NCBI GenBank assembly: GCA_009914755.4
Contig: CP086569.2
Coordinates: 4,704,001-4,768,000, forward strand
Source: the human T2T-CHM13v2.0 reference genome, Homo sapiens
DNA: 64,000 nucleotides
Direction: 5' to 3'
Shown: positions 1-16,595 of the stretch, piece by piece
How positions within the stretch are numbered: position 1 is the stretch's first letter
Layout of the letters: each line of letters starts with the position of its first letter
The notes under the pieces: model-generated
What the model was told of the DNA's origin: nothing
The model's input: only the letters and a program-made list of their open reading frames with translations
The model's database searches: none
Made by a program: the position numbers and the translations under genes

Positions 1-2481
1 CAGTTCTATTAATGCCTCAGTACAAATTACCCAATTATGCAACATAAATTTCAATTAAATGTAGCATCAAGTAAATCTATTTTCCTATTCAATTACTTAT
101 TGAATGAATACGCATTTTTCTAATAAGATAGGCATTTGGATCAAATGTTAGCATTTTTTGTTTCTGCAGATTTATTGTGTCTGCAATTTAATATGGATTA
201 TAGAAACATACGGAATGAAGCCTCCGTATAATTGTTTATCCCATTATCAGAAATTTTGCAAAATTTGATTCCTGAGAAAAAGGTAAATTAAAACCATTTG
301 CCATCAGTTATCTTTTTCATTTTTTTTTCTAAACTCGGATTTCAAACAGAAGAGCTCTTTTTTGGGTGATGTCCTTAATAATTACAATCTAGATTCTGAT
401 TCCAAAACTTTACTAAGTTTTATTTAGGTTAGTGTAAGTGAAAAAAAACATATTTTGTATTGTTTAAAGTCTGTGTAGTAGCTAAGAGCTTAAGCTTTCG
501 ACTCATATAAATCTTCTTTCAAATTTTAGTTGTATACCTTAATAGGTCTGTGACCTTGGGCAAGTTATTGAAACTTTTAGAGTCTCAATTCCCTCATATG
601 TAAACGGAAGTCACAATAACAGTGCATGTATCATAAGACTGCTGTATTAAATGCACTTATCACAGTTCTTGGCATGTAATAAGAATTCAATAAATGGTAG
701 CTACTATTATTCTAATAACTGATTACATTCTTTGGAAATTGTATTAAGTTGACCCCAGCTGCTTAGTGAATCACTGTATTTGTCAGCATAGTAATTTGCA
801 GAAACATGGATCTGTATTTCCTTTATATATATTTTTAATAGGATTAGGACTTGCAGGAGTTTGCTAGTGTGTATATGATCTTGGCAGCAGGAATCCAAAT
901 AGCCTGAGTAGAAAACTGAATTTTCCCACATTTTTTCAATCACATATGGATAGAGATAATCCCCACTGTTGGCTAAATTGTGGAAGTTTTATGCTTCTTG
1001 TATTGGTGGCCTTGCTGGCAACAGTAGTCTACAAATAAAGAATATTGTTTCTTAGTAGCTTAAGCAATGTTAACATTGTGATACATTCTCTCTTTTTACC
1101 AAATAAGTCTTTTCAAACTCTTAGCAAAATTAAACATTTTAAAAAATCATCGAGTTAATTAAAAGAATATTGTATCCTTAAAATATGCCATTTTAATGGA
1201 AATTTTTTTTTGTCAGTGAGAATATGATTTATTTACAATAATGCCACAAAATATGAAGTGGCAGTTTTATATTTCAAGTGGTTCTGGTCATTTTTAATTA
1301 ACCGGAGAGGAAGTGAGAAAAAAATAAAGACTGTTTAAAATATAATTAATTAGATTAAAATTTTAACTTTTGTTTATACAGTCTTTAGTAATGTATTTAT
1401 TGGCTTTTCTGAGGAATCTGGTATTTCTGAGGAAATTCTATTTTTAAATACATGCTACTTTAAATAAATGTTACTTCATCATTTGCAAATGACTATTCAA
1501 TCAACATGTATAAAAGTTGTGGATTTCTTTGCTTTTATGACAAAAGTGGTATTGTATTTTTAAACTGATCACTTTATTAGGTCAGAGAGGGTATAGTTCA
1601 ACGTGTAATTATTTATTGTTAAATTGTATATTTACAAACATTTTAGTTTTGAACCATTAGATGTTTATGTAATTTAAGTATGAAAGTTTAAAAATGGTTC
1701 ATATAATAATAGGCATGTGATAAAATGTCATGATAAAAGACAGCCAAATAAATATTATTTCATCCTATTTAGAAAGAATAATTTTCCAGAGGAACTTTAC
1801 TCAGTTTTAGAGAGAAATCCAAGAATAGTGTTCTTCTTTCATTTTTCAACATGATATAATCAGAGAATTTGGAAAACTGGTAAATATAACCTATAGTAAA
1901 ATGGTCAGGAAAAATACTCATTTCCATTTATGATAACTGAAGTGACAAAAAGACTCCTAGAAGTTACATTTTCCCTTTGTGGTATATTAAAGAACAATGA
2001 ATATACCACACTTTATTCTAAAAAGGACTTTTTTTGTGAATGTAAAGGATAATGATCAGATTTAAGTTTCTTTCTACAACCACTTCTAATTCTATTCACG
2101 TGATCTATTTAAAAATTCCTTACTTCAACATATTTAAATGTAGTAGCCATTTTGAAACATTTTAGTCCCGCAAGACACAGAAATATACAAAAAAACATAC
2201 AAGTTTCAGATCCAGAATTCAGTTTCTCCCTAAAGGGAAATTCATCATCCAATCTTCTGGCGTTCTTTAAACTAGACACTAGACCCTTTTCATCTAGATA
2301 TTGCATATCTCATATATATTATACATACATACATGTATGTGTATGCATGTATTTTTAAAATCAGTATTTGTAGTAACATATCAAAAAGGAATTTCTAATA
2401 TTCCAAGGTTCTAATGTTAGAATAGAAACATATTCACAATAGTGTTTATCAGTTTCATGTATTTAGAGTAGTTTCACACTA

Positions 2482-2792
<311 letters not shown>

Positions 2793-4018
2793 AAAATAAG
2801 TTATTAGGACAAAAAAGATATAGGGCAAAATAAATAGAATGCTTACCCACCTCAAATAAAAAGAAAATAATATTTGTTAATATGAAGGTGATACTGGATA
2901 AGTGAAGTGCCTAGGACTTTTTTCTTAAATAATCTAGTATATTTTATGTGAATAAGGGACTATAAAGTAGGGAGATCAGCAGGACTGTAAAAGTGGGTGT
3001 GGGAGAAGAAAGTTTGCTAGTCAAACTTGATTTAAATTGACTGCCTTTGTAATAGCATGTGGCTGAATGTTTTGATCTATTTATAATGAATATTTTAAGG
3101 ATTTGCTAATTTTTGAAAATTGGCAAGAAATACTCATTTTTTTCCTGTCTTGAGGTATGCCAAAAATAAAACTTGCTAGAATAAAAAAAAATGAAAGTGA
3201 AGGAATGTCTTGTGTGTGCTAAAACACCTCCACTTAAAGAGTTTGATATCCACTAGAAAATGTTGTTTCTTTAAAAAGGGGATAAAGGGCATTTGATGCT
3301 TCTCACCTTTCACAGTTGTGACAATTCTCTTAGACATCTTAAATTCTCTAAGTGGAGATTTCTTATATTCTTCACAGTACACCTGTTTAAAAATTGTAGT
3401 CCACAGAAATCTGAAACTACAAAAGAAACTTTTCTCAAGATGATAACTCTCAAGGAGTGTAAATTACAGTTACTTCATTTGTGGGAGTTTTCCTATCACT
3501 TTTCAATTAATAAGACACCCTGGTTATGGGAATTTTAGTCTCACTGAAAAACTCAATTGTTCTATGCAAATTAAATTTGCGTATGCAAGTTACAATTTGA
3601 GTTTAAGCTTAGGCCTACGATGATGGAGGGATAACAGGCAAACTGGAATGTGGTACTTGACCATACTTAGTCAGTGCAGGAAAAACAACAAAAAAATCTT
3701 CAGAAACTTTCTTACCATTGACAGGGGCTAGTGTCGATATTCCTTGTGGTTTTCCCTTATTGACTGTATCTACACCATCACATAGCAAAATGTACACAAC
3801 AGCAGAAAGTAGACATTTTACTCATAGTTTCTGCAAAATCTGAATAAAGATAAAGTTTTTCTACCACAAATAATTCCAAAGATGTGGTCTTATAGATGTA
3901 TGCATTCTAAGGATCAGGGAAAGGCGGTGAAATAAAACTCTAAGTTGAACAAAATTCAAGTAGTTTATCTTTTAACAGAAATATCTCCATAAACCATATT
4001 GATATAAAGGTGAACAGG

Positions 4019-4322
4019 GGTTGGACACAGTGGCTGAAAGCCCATAATTCCAGTGTTTTGGGAGGCCAAAATGGGAGGATGGCTTGAGAATAGGAGTTGG
4101 AGACCAGCCTGGGCAACATAGAAAGACCTCATCTCTACAAAAAAAAAAAAAAAATAGCCAGGTCTGTTCATGTGTGCCTGTAGTCCTAGCTATTTGGGAG
4201 GCTGAGGTAGGAGGATTGGTCAAGCCCAGGAGTTGGAGGCTGTAGTGAGCTATGATCGTGCCACTGCACTTCAACCGGGGTGACAAAGCGAAAACCGTGT
4301 CTCTAAAAAAATTAAAAATAAA
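4019..4322 (+). mobile_element. Alu (diverged AluJ/S-like)
   Basis: ggttggacacagtggctgaaagcccataattccagtgttttgggaggcc... with a mid A-run and an A-rich tail. Diverged TSD: ataaaggtgaacagg (4004-4018) and atagaggtcaacagg (4322-4336). Confidence 0.9.
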
Positions 4323-4414
4323 TAGAGGTCAACAGGAAGAATCAATAACTAAGGCAGCAACTGGAATTGACAAATTAATATCAATAAGCTTGAATCAACT
4401 AATGAGGATGGTTT

Positions 4415-4458
4415 TGTGTGTGTGTGTCTGTGGGGGGGAGACAGAGAGAGAGAGAGAA
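4415..4458. repeat. (GT)n(G)n(GA)n compound microsatellite
   Basis: gtgtgtgtgtgtgtctgtgggggggagacagagagagagagaga. Confidence 0.9.
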
Positions 4459-5172
4459 ATATTGGTGAAGTAGTATTTTAATTCACCCACCAACATTCTA
4501 TTGGGTGGCCAAATTCATAGAGGTATTTTATTAGAATCAGAAATTTCAGAATTTTAGAATCTATATGTTAGCAAACTGTGTATTCATAGGTTCAAAAGAG
4601 GTTCACGACCTCTTGTTCCTCATAAATCATTCTAGGAGGAAAAAAATACTAACATAGCTGTAGCCCCTAAGTCATGAAGTGCATCTGACTGGTTCACAAA
4701 ATGTTAAATATAAAGGATTACAGCTTTTCAATTAAAAATTTTTTATGATAAACATTAATGGGAAAAAACACTTATTTCAATAAAATTTATGGAATTCATT
4801 ATTACTTTCAAAGAAATAACACCCTTATCTGTTAGCTCTGTCGATCCAGGGATGAAGGTTCAGCTAGAAAAATAACTTTAACCCATTATTGGACTGGTCT
4901 TTATTAAAGGCAGAGATATAACCCTAACTATCTCCCACTCTTCTGATTATGTATTTGTATTAAATACCTGATTATTTATTTAAAATTTATTTACTCAAAC
5001 TATGGAAACATTATTCAATTCTTCCTTTCTTTGCAAAGAAAGATTTTCTGGTCAAAATAATAAACGTTAATCCACAGAGGCAAAGCAAAAATAACAAAGA
5101 TCTCTGTAGATAATATTAACTTTTATTCAAATTTCACAGTTGTTAATAAATGTATATTCAAAAGGAATGTGT

Positions 5173-5545
<373 letters not shown>

Positions 5546-6574
5546 CTATCCACATCACATTATGAGGCTATCTACTTTCTCAAAGTATTTTGATCTTTGC
5601 TTCTAGATTAATAAAAAATGTAATAGTGGCTGAAGTATTTAAGGCACTCCCCTGGGACATGAAAAAAAATAATAAAATTTAGGTTATCTGGCACTGCCCA
5701 AATAATTGTATACAGAAAGTAAGAGAAAATTCATGTATGTTTGTGTTTATCTGCACTTACGGTAGTTGTTCTAAACTTTAGTCTTTAAATATAGAAGCCA
5801 ATATGGAAGGTTAAATAGATGATTAATGCTCATCCTTTATTAGAAGTCTCTTTAAGCATATCTTATTTCCACGTTGATCATATTTATCTTTAGTAAAATT
5901 ATAATTAACGTATAAGGTTTGTTTAATGGCTACAATTTCAGCTCATTTGTAATTAAAGTTTATCGCAAATAACTTTTATAATTAAGTAACTTATAAAATC
6001 TCAGATTAAAGTAAATTATATTACTTAGTCTCAACATTTTCTTATAAAACATATTCTTCTTCTGTCTTTGCCTTATCTGTTCTTGGCACTAACTTCTTCA
6101 GTCATTCACACTTCAAAAGCTTTGGACTATTTCCTCTTCCTTATACCCACATTGCAGATTAAACTTTAGACTTTTTTATCTTGCAATCTCTTTCTCTCCC
6201 AATCTTTCTTCCTACATCTTCCAGCTATTTATCAAAAACATTTAAAGAGCTACTTCTTTCATGAACCTCTTCTTAATTCCGTTACCTCAAAGTATTCACA
6301 TTCTTCGGTACTATCATATCACTTTGCTCTGTCCTTTGTCACTTAGCCTATTTAGTATAATAATTATCATCTACAAATCTTGTATTATCTCCCCCACTAC
6401 ATAAACTTAACATGTGCTTTATACACAGAGGGTGCTTAAAAAGTACAGATCAACTGGATGGATGAATGGATGGAAGAGGATGGAATATCTTAACAAAACA
6501 CATTTTCCTTAAGTAAATTCATGCATACTCCAAATAAAATACAGAATGTGAAGTATCTCTGAACTGTGCTGTTG

Positions 6575-6712
6575 AATATGGTAGCTACTAGCTACATGTG
6601 AGTATTTAAATTTTAATTTATTAAATTAAATTAAGAATTTAATTCCTCAGTCGCACTAGCCACATTTCAAGTGGTTAATAGGCACAAGCGGCTACCATAT
6701 TGGACCATGCAG
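6575..6712. mobile_element. About 140-bp palindromic MITE-like repeat with about 22-bp terminal inverted repeats. Family name not recalled.
   Basis: The left end ctgtgctgttgaatatggtagctactagctacatgtg and the right end gcggctaccatattggaccatgcag are reverse complements of each other (CTG..AATATGGTAGC). Between them is an AT-rich core: aaattttaatttattaaattaaattaagaatttaattcctcagtcgcactagccacatttcaag. Confidence 0.45.
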
Positions 6713-9700
6713 ATTATTTTAATAAAATATTTTTATCATTGCAGAAAGTTCTATTGGATAGTACTGCTCTAGAAATTTCTGCTGGAGGAATGGATGAGAG
6801 AAACACGTCTATGGAATTCGAGGGAGATCATAATAACGAATAATAAGGCATAGGATTACCACTTCCCATATAAAAAGTATGATTCATAGCCATTTATAAT
6901 ACAAGCAATTACCCCTCAAAGTTGAAGATTTATATTAGTATCATTATTATCACTTTTCATTTAATCCATAATTTTTGCAACATCGATAATATAAAACTCA
7001 AAATAATTCATGTAGGTAGGAAGATGTCATATTTTCCACATAAATATGCATTAAATGCTTTAACAAATCTGGCTTAATTAGAATAAGAATACAACAGACT
7101 AGGCTGGCTTTTCAAAAATTTTAATAGCTTATTCCCTGTTAAAGCTAAGAAATACCTTCCAGTATACCCTACCTCCCAAAGTATCAGGGATTTTTTGTTT
7201 TTTAATCCAAGAGAGATTTATGAGATCATAAAACACAATCTTTATGTTCTTTGCTTCCCTTTTCCCAAAATCTAAAATTATTCAGAAATATTTAACCTTT
7301 TCTTGATTTGTAGCCGTTACAGCTAATTGGAGGATCCTGCCATAAAATGATGGCCCTCTGTCATGTGTTGCCTACTTGTTTAATTTAGATTTATGGTTTC
7401 TTGAAAGCCAATTGAAAGTGTTTGACCCCTCATAGGAAAATCCTGTTGTGAATAAGAAGGATTCCACAGATCACATACCAGAGCGGTTTTGCCTCAGCTG
7501 CTCTCAACTTTGTAATCTTGTGAAGAAGCTGACAAGCTTGGGTGAGACAATGTTTTGCTATCCTCCTTAAAGAATTAGAAATTCCCGCATAAGAGAGTAT
7601 GAATTGATAACAAGAGGCATTATAGCTAAGATCAGGTTCATAACTGACAAAGTTGAAATAGATATGTAGGTAATCAAGCATTTTTAGTGATGTATATTAT
7701 GTGATTGCCGTTCAAGGCAGGCATAACTATTTTCCTCAGTCAGGAAATAAATACCACTAGCCAATGGGGCTAGGATCACACCTATTCCATATAAATAAAA
7801 CTTTGAATCTATCCTGTCTACTGTTTGATAAGCCTATGCAGATTATCAATTTTATGTGTTAGGCTTATAAAACTGTTATAATGATCCAAGGAATAATAGC
7901 AGCTGGTGGGGAGGGTGTTTTTATTTAAGCTTTCATTAGCAGACAAATAAGGATAGCAGAGAGTTCACTCCAGTTTTAATTCAAAAAGTATTTTGTGCCT
8001 ACATTTCAGAATCCTGGATGATTTGCTGCTAACAGCACTCTGAGGTCCTGCCATGGAACCTCCTATCTAGTGCAGCATTTGGGTTATTGAAGCCCTATCT
8101 TTTCAGTGCATCTATTTCATTTAAGTTTAAACTGATTACAATGTACTGGAGGCAAAGACCTTTTTCTTCCCCTCCCTCTTTTTATCCCCCACTCAACAGC
8201 TGATTGCAGTGCACTATGAGGACTGAATGACAGTGGGTTTTAATTCAGATATTTCAAGGTGAGTTTCATATATATTAAATATCATATACGTCTCCTTTCC
8301 TCTGGGTCTTTTCAGGAGTAGTAATTTTATCTGAACTCCAATTTTTCATGTTTGAGGCTTTCATTTTCTTAAAAGATTTGTTTTGAGTTTAAAATGTTAA
8401 CAGTGAGATTGGATGAGAGGAAGGGGAAGTCTATATTCCAATATACTGATATCATGTAGGGAGAGATGTAAAACAACAACAACAAAAATCCCACAAATTA
8501 TAGTAAGCATAATTTACCTAGATTGGCCTGGATGGCCACACATGTTGTCCGTGGATTGACAATTTCTAAAGAATTGACAGTTTACTGACGGTAAGCAATG
8601 AAGTTGTAAAGGCCCCTCTGGATCGTGCAAAGATGTCTTTAGGACCATGAGTTATCAGTGTACTGAAAAATTCCAGAAGTGCCTATTTTCAGAACAAATA
8701 CTTGTTCTGAATACTACAAGCACCCTAGGTAGAGAGACTGTTCTTCCTCAGTTTTGCATTTCCAATGCGTGGTGTACAGAACATACTTTACAAATAGACA
8801 CCAAACTAACAAACAAGAGAGTATTCTAATGAATAAATATATAGACTTTATTGCACTTGTAGGAATATGATTTGATTTAATAAACTAATAGGCTATCCCC
8901 CCAAATCTCCATTTAGATGAATAAAAAATGTTTAGGATTCTATTTAATTAAACCAAATTTAGAAGTAGTGTTCAGTTTCTTGCTTGGGAGGTTTTGATTT
9001 ATTCAAAAATCATTTAAGTTTGTCCACTTAGTGATTAGCGTGTACTCCAGTGCACCCCCACAACTTTGTCACAATACTCCAATAATGTAATACGCTTAAA
9101 AATAATATATTTAAATTATTTGTCACAAATACTCATTCTCAGTTTCTCTTGTCCATGTGGCAGAAGATACTGAAATATGTTCCCCTTGACATTGCTCAAA
9201 GAAGAAATCTCTTAAAAGTTCTAATCACTGTTAAATTTCTCAGACATTTTAAGCTTTAGAGAAGAAAGGATTTAAACAACTTTTTACATGATTCTTTTTC
9301 TTGTTCCCTTCTATTCCCTCCATTACTCCTCTGTCACTTCCATCATTCTCTCCAAGTATATAAATCCACTCTTTATGGTGCCTGGGACCTCCCAGATCCA
9401 GTAAATCTTCCCATCCCCTCCCTGTACCTTTCATTCCTTCAAGTTTTCCGTTCATTGAAGTCACTCTCAGTTCTGTTAGTTTTCCCAGATTTCTCCCTGT
9501 TCTCTTTGTGTGTCTATAATTCTTCCAAGTCTCTACCCAGTTTTTAAGTTCTCCATCTTTGTTGTCACCATAGTTTTCCCCAGTTAAGTTTTCATAACAG
9601 CTTGTTGCTCAGACTCTATGAGTACTTCTTATTTTGTTAGTTCGTCTCAATGCTCAAAATCATTCCTTCCCTCTCAATCATCCCTTTTCTCTCTTTAACA

Positions 9701-12700
9701 CCTTCATCCTTTCCATGTTTTCTCTGCAGTCTTTTCCATATCCTCTGCCCCTACCAGTTTCCCCTTGTGCCTCACAGTTCTTCCCAAATTATTCAAGTCC
9801 CTTGCAGGTAGTTGGAATATAATTCATCACATTATTTCCATATTTAGGAACAGCTTAAATTTACAAACTGCCATGAATAAAACAGTCTGTAGCTTAATCA
9901 TTGACAGTTTAATATAATCTTATTCTTTATTGTGGCATTATATATACACCACATTTTATAGACCTGTTATTTGTACCAGGTTTGGTTTTAAGATAACTTG
10001 AGATAGTAGAGGGGAGATACAAAAAATTAACATTCAGGTAGTAAAGCCAAATTAGGCCAAGGTGAAAATTTCTTATTCAACAAGACATTCAGCCCATTCA
10101 GTTCAAAACAATATTCTGTGTACTTTTTAAGGAGTGGAAGAAAAATAGACGAGTAATGGAATATGCTAGTTGAATATTGATGAGATTTGTTTCCATTTTA
10201 AAGTTAAAAAAAACCAAAACTGATTGCTCTAAGACTTTTTCTTGCTGACTGCCATCACCTCAGTTGTCATATTTTAACCACAAATCCCGTAAGCACTTAC
10301 ATTTAACCTTATCGTTACTCTTATGCTTATTCAAATTTTCCCCATGTGATGCTAATCTGAAAATTTCTTAGAGGAAATGAGTTTTGAATTGCTCTGAAGT
10401 AGATGATGACCTTTGATGACCAGAGAAGATGTGGAAAATATTATGGCTAGAGAGTAGATGTTGGCTCGGCTGAAGAGGAGAGGTCATGGATTATAAATTA
10501 AAGAGAAAGATATTTCTTAGAAGCAGCTAATTGAGGACCTTGAATGCTAGGCCTCGGAGTTTAGATTCTATAGATTTCGAGAGGTAATAAACATAGTTTT
10601 TTTGCTTTCAGTTTTTGTTGTTGTTGTTATCGGTTTGGTTTGGTTGTTATATATAATGTTTATCAAAATAATGAATACTTATTTTTCAACACCATAAAAA
10701 CGTGGAAGTAGACCACAAAAAAAGTACTGGTTGGATAGATAATATATTTGGAAATGCTTTGTTTTAAAAAAAAAACCTTTTCTTCTGAATAAAAATAGAG
10801 AGGAGAAGCAGTTCTTACGTGAAATCTCTCTTTAACAGTTCCTCTTGAAAATTAGCAGCTGTACTTAGTGAAAAATTATGAAGGTGCAATGTTGTTGTCA
10901 GCTGTAACAGGTTTTAATTATCTTTTTTATTTTAAAGTCATCAAATTTAGAGATGTCAAATTTTTATTATTTTCAGGACAAAATCATGATGCCATAGTTC
11001 ACATATTTTAGTTGCAAATACTGTTTCAAAATGCACTTGATTTTGTGAGGTGTTTGCTTTAATATTTTCAACACGTGCTGGATTACAGAGTTTCAAGATA
11101 TATTGCACGTATCCAATTAAAATAACTCCCCACTTTCCCTAATTTATACTTGTTCTTTAAAAATTTAAATATTAATTAAGATCTTCTAATAAGTTAACAT
11201 GTTCCCTGTTTTATCAAAAACATTCATTGTTCAGTTTAAGCATTTGAAAACCAATCATAATAATATCTATAGATAAATGTCACTGGGATGTGTCTTTCTC
11301 AAAAATGTTATGAAGGGTTATAAAATTTTGAAAAAAAAATTTTATTACCAAAATATTACCAAACATACCTTGAAAGTTGAATATAATCATTCCTCTTTTA
11401 AAATAAGCTTTTTAATCTAAATTACATGAAAAAAAATTTGTTGCCAAGCTGGGAACAATTATAAAATCACTAACTACCTAAAACAGAGCACACAGTCTTT
11501 AAACCTTATAAACATAATTTTAAATCTGAAGATTATATGAAATATTCATTTGATGAAAAGACATTTTGACTTCGCATGTGGAATTGTGATGTAAGATCTT
11601 TTAAAGCTGTAGCATTGCTCATAATTGAGATCCATTATGCAAATGATTATGTATTTATGATTAAACCTTCTTTCAATCACAGATGGCTAGAACAAGAAAA
11701 GATCTTAGAGATAAATCCCAACGCTACTCACCCTCAGTGAGTAAAATGAGGCACAGAATGACTAAATGACTTGTCCAAAGTCACAGATACCTAAAGGCAT
11801 AGTTAATACTAGAATTCAAGTCCAGTTAGTTTTTCCCACAGGATTAGACTTGTCTTTGTGAGTGCAGGATATACAAATACCTTTGTTTATTATTTTTTTT
11901 AGTTTATAATAACAATATCAACAATTACAAACACATGTAACATTAATGTTCCAGGAACTGTTCTAAGTATTTTACATATATTAACTCATTTAGTGCACAA
12001 TAACACTATAAGGTAGACACAATTGTTAACCCTGTTTTACACAAAGATACAGAGAATTTAAATAACTTGCATAAAGTCACACAGCTAGTGAGTGGTGGAT
12101 CTTGGATTTATTATAAAACAAGACCGTCTAGCTCCATAGCTCATGCTAGGACTTCTTTAAAAAATTTAAATTTTTTAATGCCAGGATAGTTTATATTTGG
12201 ATATAATAACATTTTATGACTTTACTTTTTCAGTAGGGTATAAAAACATTTTTTAGTATTGGAAATTAATGACTGTCTCAATTTCCATAACATATACATT
12301 TTGCAATAGCTTTAAATGAATTGTCTTGCTACAATGGATGTGAAGCCCTGAATGAATGGTTTATCTGAAATCATCAATATTGTTCATTAAGACAATTGCA
12401 AAAAAATGATCTCTATGGAGTCTTTCGTTCATTCTATGTATGAAAAAATTTTTCATTTATTTTTAAAACTAGAAAATCAAACCAAAAGTATATTTAAATA
12501 ATGTCTCTATGAAATGTCTTCTGTGAGAATGGTAAAATGAGCTATCAACTAATTATTTTTTCATATACTTGGTAATGACTATGTGAACAAAATTGATTTT
12601 GCATTTTCTCATTAATGTGGCACACAACACAGAAATAAAAGTCCTATTTTTTTCTAGCTTGTTTTAGTCTGTGGGCTTAATTGCTAGTTTGAAAGTAATA

Positions 12701-12800
12701 TTAGGTAATATCTTACTCTGTAAGAAAGCATATTTTGACATGTTGACGTGTTAATATATTGACACATGGGAAAGGAATAAGTAAATGTAAATGAAAACTA

Positions 12801-13202
<402 letters not shown>

Positions 13203-15385
13203 TTAGAATATGAGATCTTCCATACATTGCCCCAATTTGTTTATTCCGTTCAAATAGAATGGAAAGACAAATTAAAATGGAGAAGGGCTGACTCGTAAGA
13301 AATAGCAATGAATTCCTTTTCTTTTCATTTTTTAGGGAAGAAAGGGATTGGGAACAAGACTATATGTTGTATAGGGAACATTGAAGGATTCTATTTCCAT
13401 TTCAGTGCTTAATGGCTTTTACTAGTTATTTAACTTTTTTCTCTACGTTTTTAAAACTCTCAAGAGTCTGTGGCTTCATTAAATATTATTTCTTTATAAA
13501 ACATATATGATAATACGAAAAGTGTTAAATCGGTGGTATTCATTAAGACTGTATCCAGCACTGTGGAGAACTTGGAGGTCAAGGGAAAGTCTGCACAAAA
13601 GTAGAAATATGAGGAAATTTGTGTGTGTTAGCCAATGTATATTAGTGCTCTGAGCATATATTTAAGGAAGGATGAGGCAATGTGGACTGAGGGACATTGG
13701 AGATGGATTAAGAGTGAAAGGGTAATTAGCTATGTTAGAAAACAGTGGCTTGCATTGCATGATTCTGTATCACAGGTACTTATTTATAGTGTGCATGCAT
13801 TTCTGATATTGCATAAAGCAAGACAGTGATGAAGTTACATAGTTGTCTATTAGGATATTTGCCCTATACCCTTCAGTTTTCTGTTTGAGGTTTTTGAAGG
13901 ATTCATGATTTCTATCATGCATCATATTCTTCATACTATCTGTATAAGGATTATGATGGTGATAAATGAGAAGAACATGGTGAGTATTCCAAACTCCTAT
14001 CGACCCTACCCAATATACTAAAGATTATCAAGTGGAGAGTTATTTTGGTGTATTACCACTTCATAATTTTTATGTCTCAGATACAGTAAATTTATTTATA
14101 TAGATATCACATAGGTTTTATTGGGATCATATAATGTTTTATGAAATAATTCTATTTTAAGATGCTATTTACTCATAACTATAAAACTGTGCATTTTTGT
14201 TCTCTCAGAGGATCTGGAACAGTGTGATTTCTAACTTAAAATGAGGGGAGATTTGATTGTTTCTTCTTGAGTTAACAAGTTACCAATATCTTAAAAATAT
14301 TCACTGCCTAATAGTTTCAAAATTTAGAATCATAAAATACTACTCATTCCTAAATGATTCAAGAATACATTTTACTGTACTATTTAATTTTATACCTTTT
14401 TTGTCCCCTGCCTATGAATTGGATATTCTAGCCATCATTTCACTGTCCTGGGTGCAGGCATAGTTGAAGGTTACTGACCTTCTGATCTAGATTAGTACCG
14501 TCCAACAGAACTTTCTGTCATAATAGAAATATTCTATAATCTGTGCTGTCCAGTGCTTAAGTCCTTAGCCTTATTGGACAATTGAACACTTAAAATGTGC
14601 TTAGTACAACTAAGGGATTGAATTTTTAATCTGACTTAAATTTAATTTTAACAGCTACACACAGCAAGAGGTACTATATTGGACTGCACAGCTCTAGATG
14701 CTTATAGTCTAAATATAACTATTGTATGGAAAAGAGAGTTCTTTTTTCAAGGCATAATCAATCACCTTTGTTTCTAATTTTGTTCTTGTGCTATCTATAA
14801 ATCAAGTCCTGATGCAAAGTAATTTCATCATGAAGAGCAATGGTCTTTATTTTCCAGGGTTGTCAGGTTATATAAAGAATTAATGTACCCTGTGATCACA
14901 ATTTCCTAGAGTGAGTGCCAGTTTTAGCAAGTGTAAAATAGTTGTGTTTGTTGTAGCTTCTTCTATGATATCTATTAAGGAGTTGGATATCTCTGAAAAG
15001 GAAATATAAAATATTTCAGCATTTCTAATATTTTCTGGAATAGGAAAATATTTTACATTTATCAGCTATAAAGAAATTATAATTTAAAATGAAATACTGG
15101 CCATTTTCACATATTTTGTACTCTGTGACAAACTGAAATCATTACAGAGTATGTTATAATTCTAAAAACCAAAAAGTCTCCCAAGTAATTGGAGCCTCTA
15201 GTACCTAATCAAAAGAATGGTGCCTTTATTTTCTTTTTTCATAATCTCTTTTTCTAAACCAATGTGAGATCAAATTACGTTTTTTATAAGCAGTGCAATA
15301 GCTAAATAAAAATAACAATAACCGCAAATGCATGAAGAATTTTTTTTTTATCTGAATGTATTACTCACTTAAAACTGCATTGGTG

Positions 15386-15724
<339 letters not shown>

Positions 15725-16582
15725 TTAATGTGAGATTAACCCTGATCACACCACTTGCATTTCAACTATTGTTTAGTATGATGGCATTTCAATTGGCAGT
15801 TTTCCTTACAGTGATCTGTCTACACATGCACGCACATAAATGCACACAAGGGCATATGTTCACAGTGAAACACAAAGATTATTATTTTAAACATATAAAT
15901 AAAGCATCTCATGAATATTTCTCAGTTACAAGTTGGCTAGTGTTTGTTGGTCCAGCAAGCAATACTGCATCCAACTCTGTAGAGGCAGAACTTGTATATT
16001 CTTGATTTCCCATTTGATGGTTACTTAGAATTGTTTTGAGGTTAATGCACTTCTTGATTTATAAATAAAACGGGGGTTGCATTTCATTCTTCTTCCAATA
16101 TACTATTATATTACCCCTTTGAAGGCTTGTTCTTTACTTGTGGTGAGAAGGCATGGAATATGCTGAATGAAGGCTAATGATAAATCATTTTTCATTTCTT
16201 AATGAGTTGGAGTGGGGTTTGTGGTTGTCCTAAGTGAGAAACAGAAAAAAAAATTTAAAGAAGAGGAATCTAAAAATATTGTGAAAACATGTAGGATTAG
16301 TTAAATTAATTTAAATATTTTACTTACTAATAGTTTGAAAAACTGATTTCCTAAGAACCACTTAGTATAATTTGTAGTGAAAATAACTACAGGTGAAGGT
16401 CATGCATAAAATATACTCTTACCAGAAAACTTTAGGTTTTTGAATAAAATGGAATTCATAAAATAATGAACACTCCAAGTTATTATAAATCACTCCGATT
16501 ATTTCTTGAAGTCTTTGCTGGTTGTTGTAGTGATATATTCTTGGAGGAAAAGGTTTAAAACAAAAGAATTGGTGACCCGAAT

Positions 16583-16595
16583 CTCCAGCAAGCAT
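16583..16595. repeat. Target-site duplication (left copy) of the full-length L1: CTCCAGCAAGCAT
   Basis: The 13-mer ctccagcaagcat immediately precedes the poly-T (reverse-complemented poly-A) tail. An identical 13-mer abuts the L1 5' end at 22667-22679. Confidence 0.8.

Noticed and set aside
6455-6490. GGATG/GGAAT-like short repeat (ggatggatgaatggatggaagaggatggaat) resembling satellite III units
   Set aside because: Only about 35 bp, with no tandem array extension. It is a chance simple-sequence stretch, not a satellite block.
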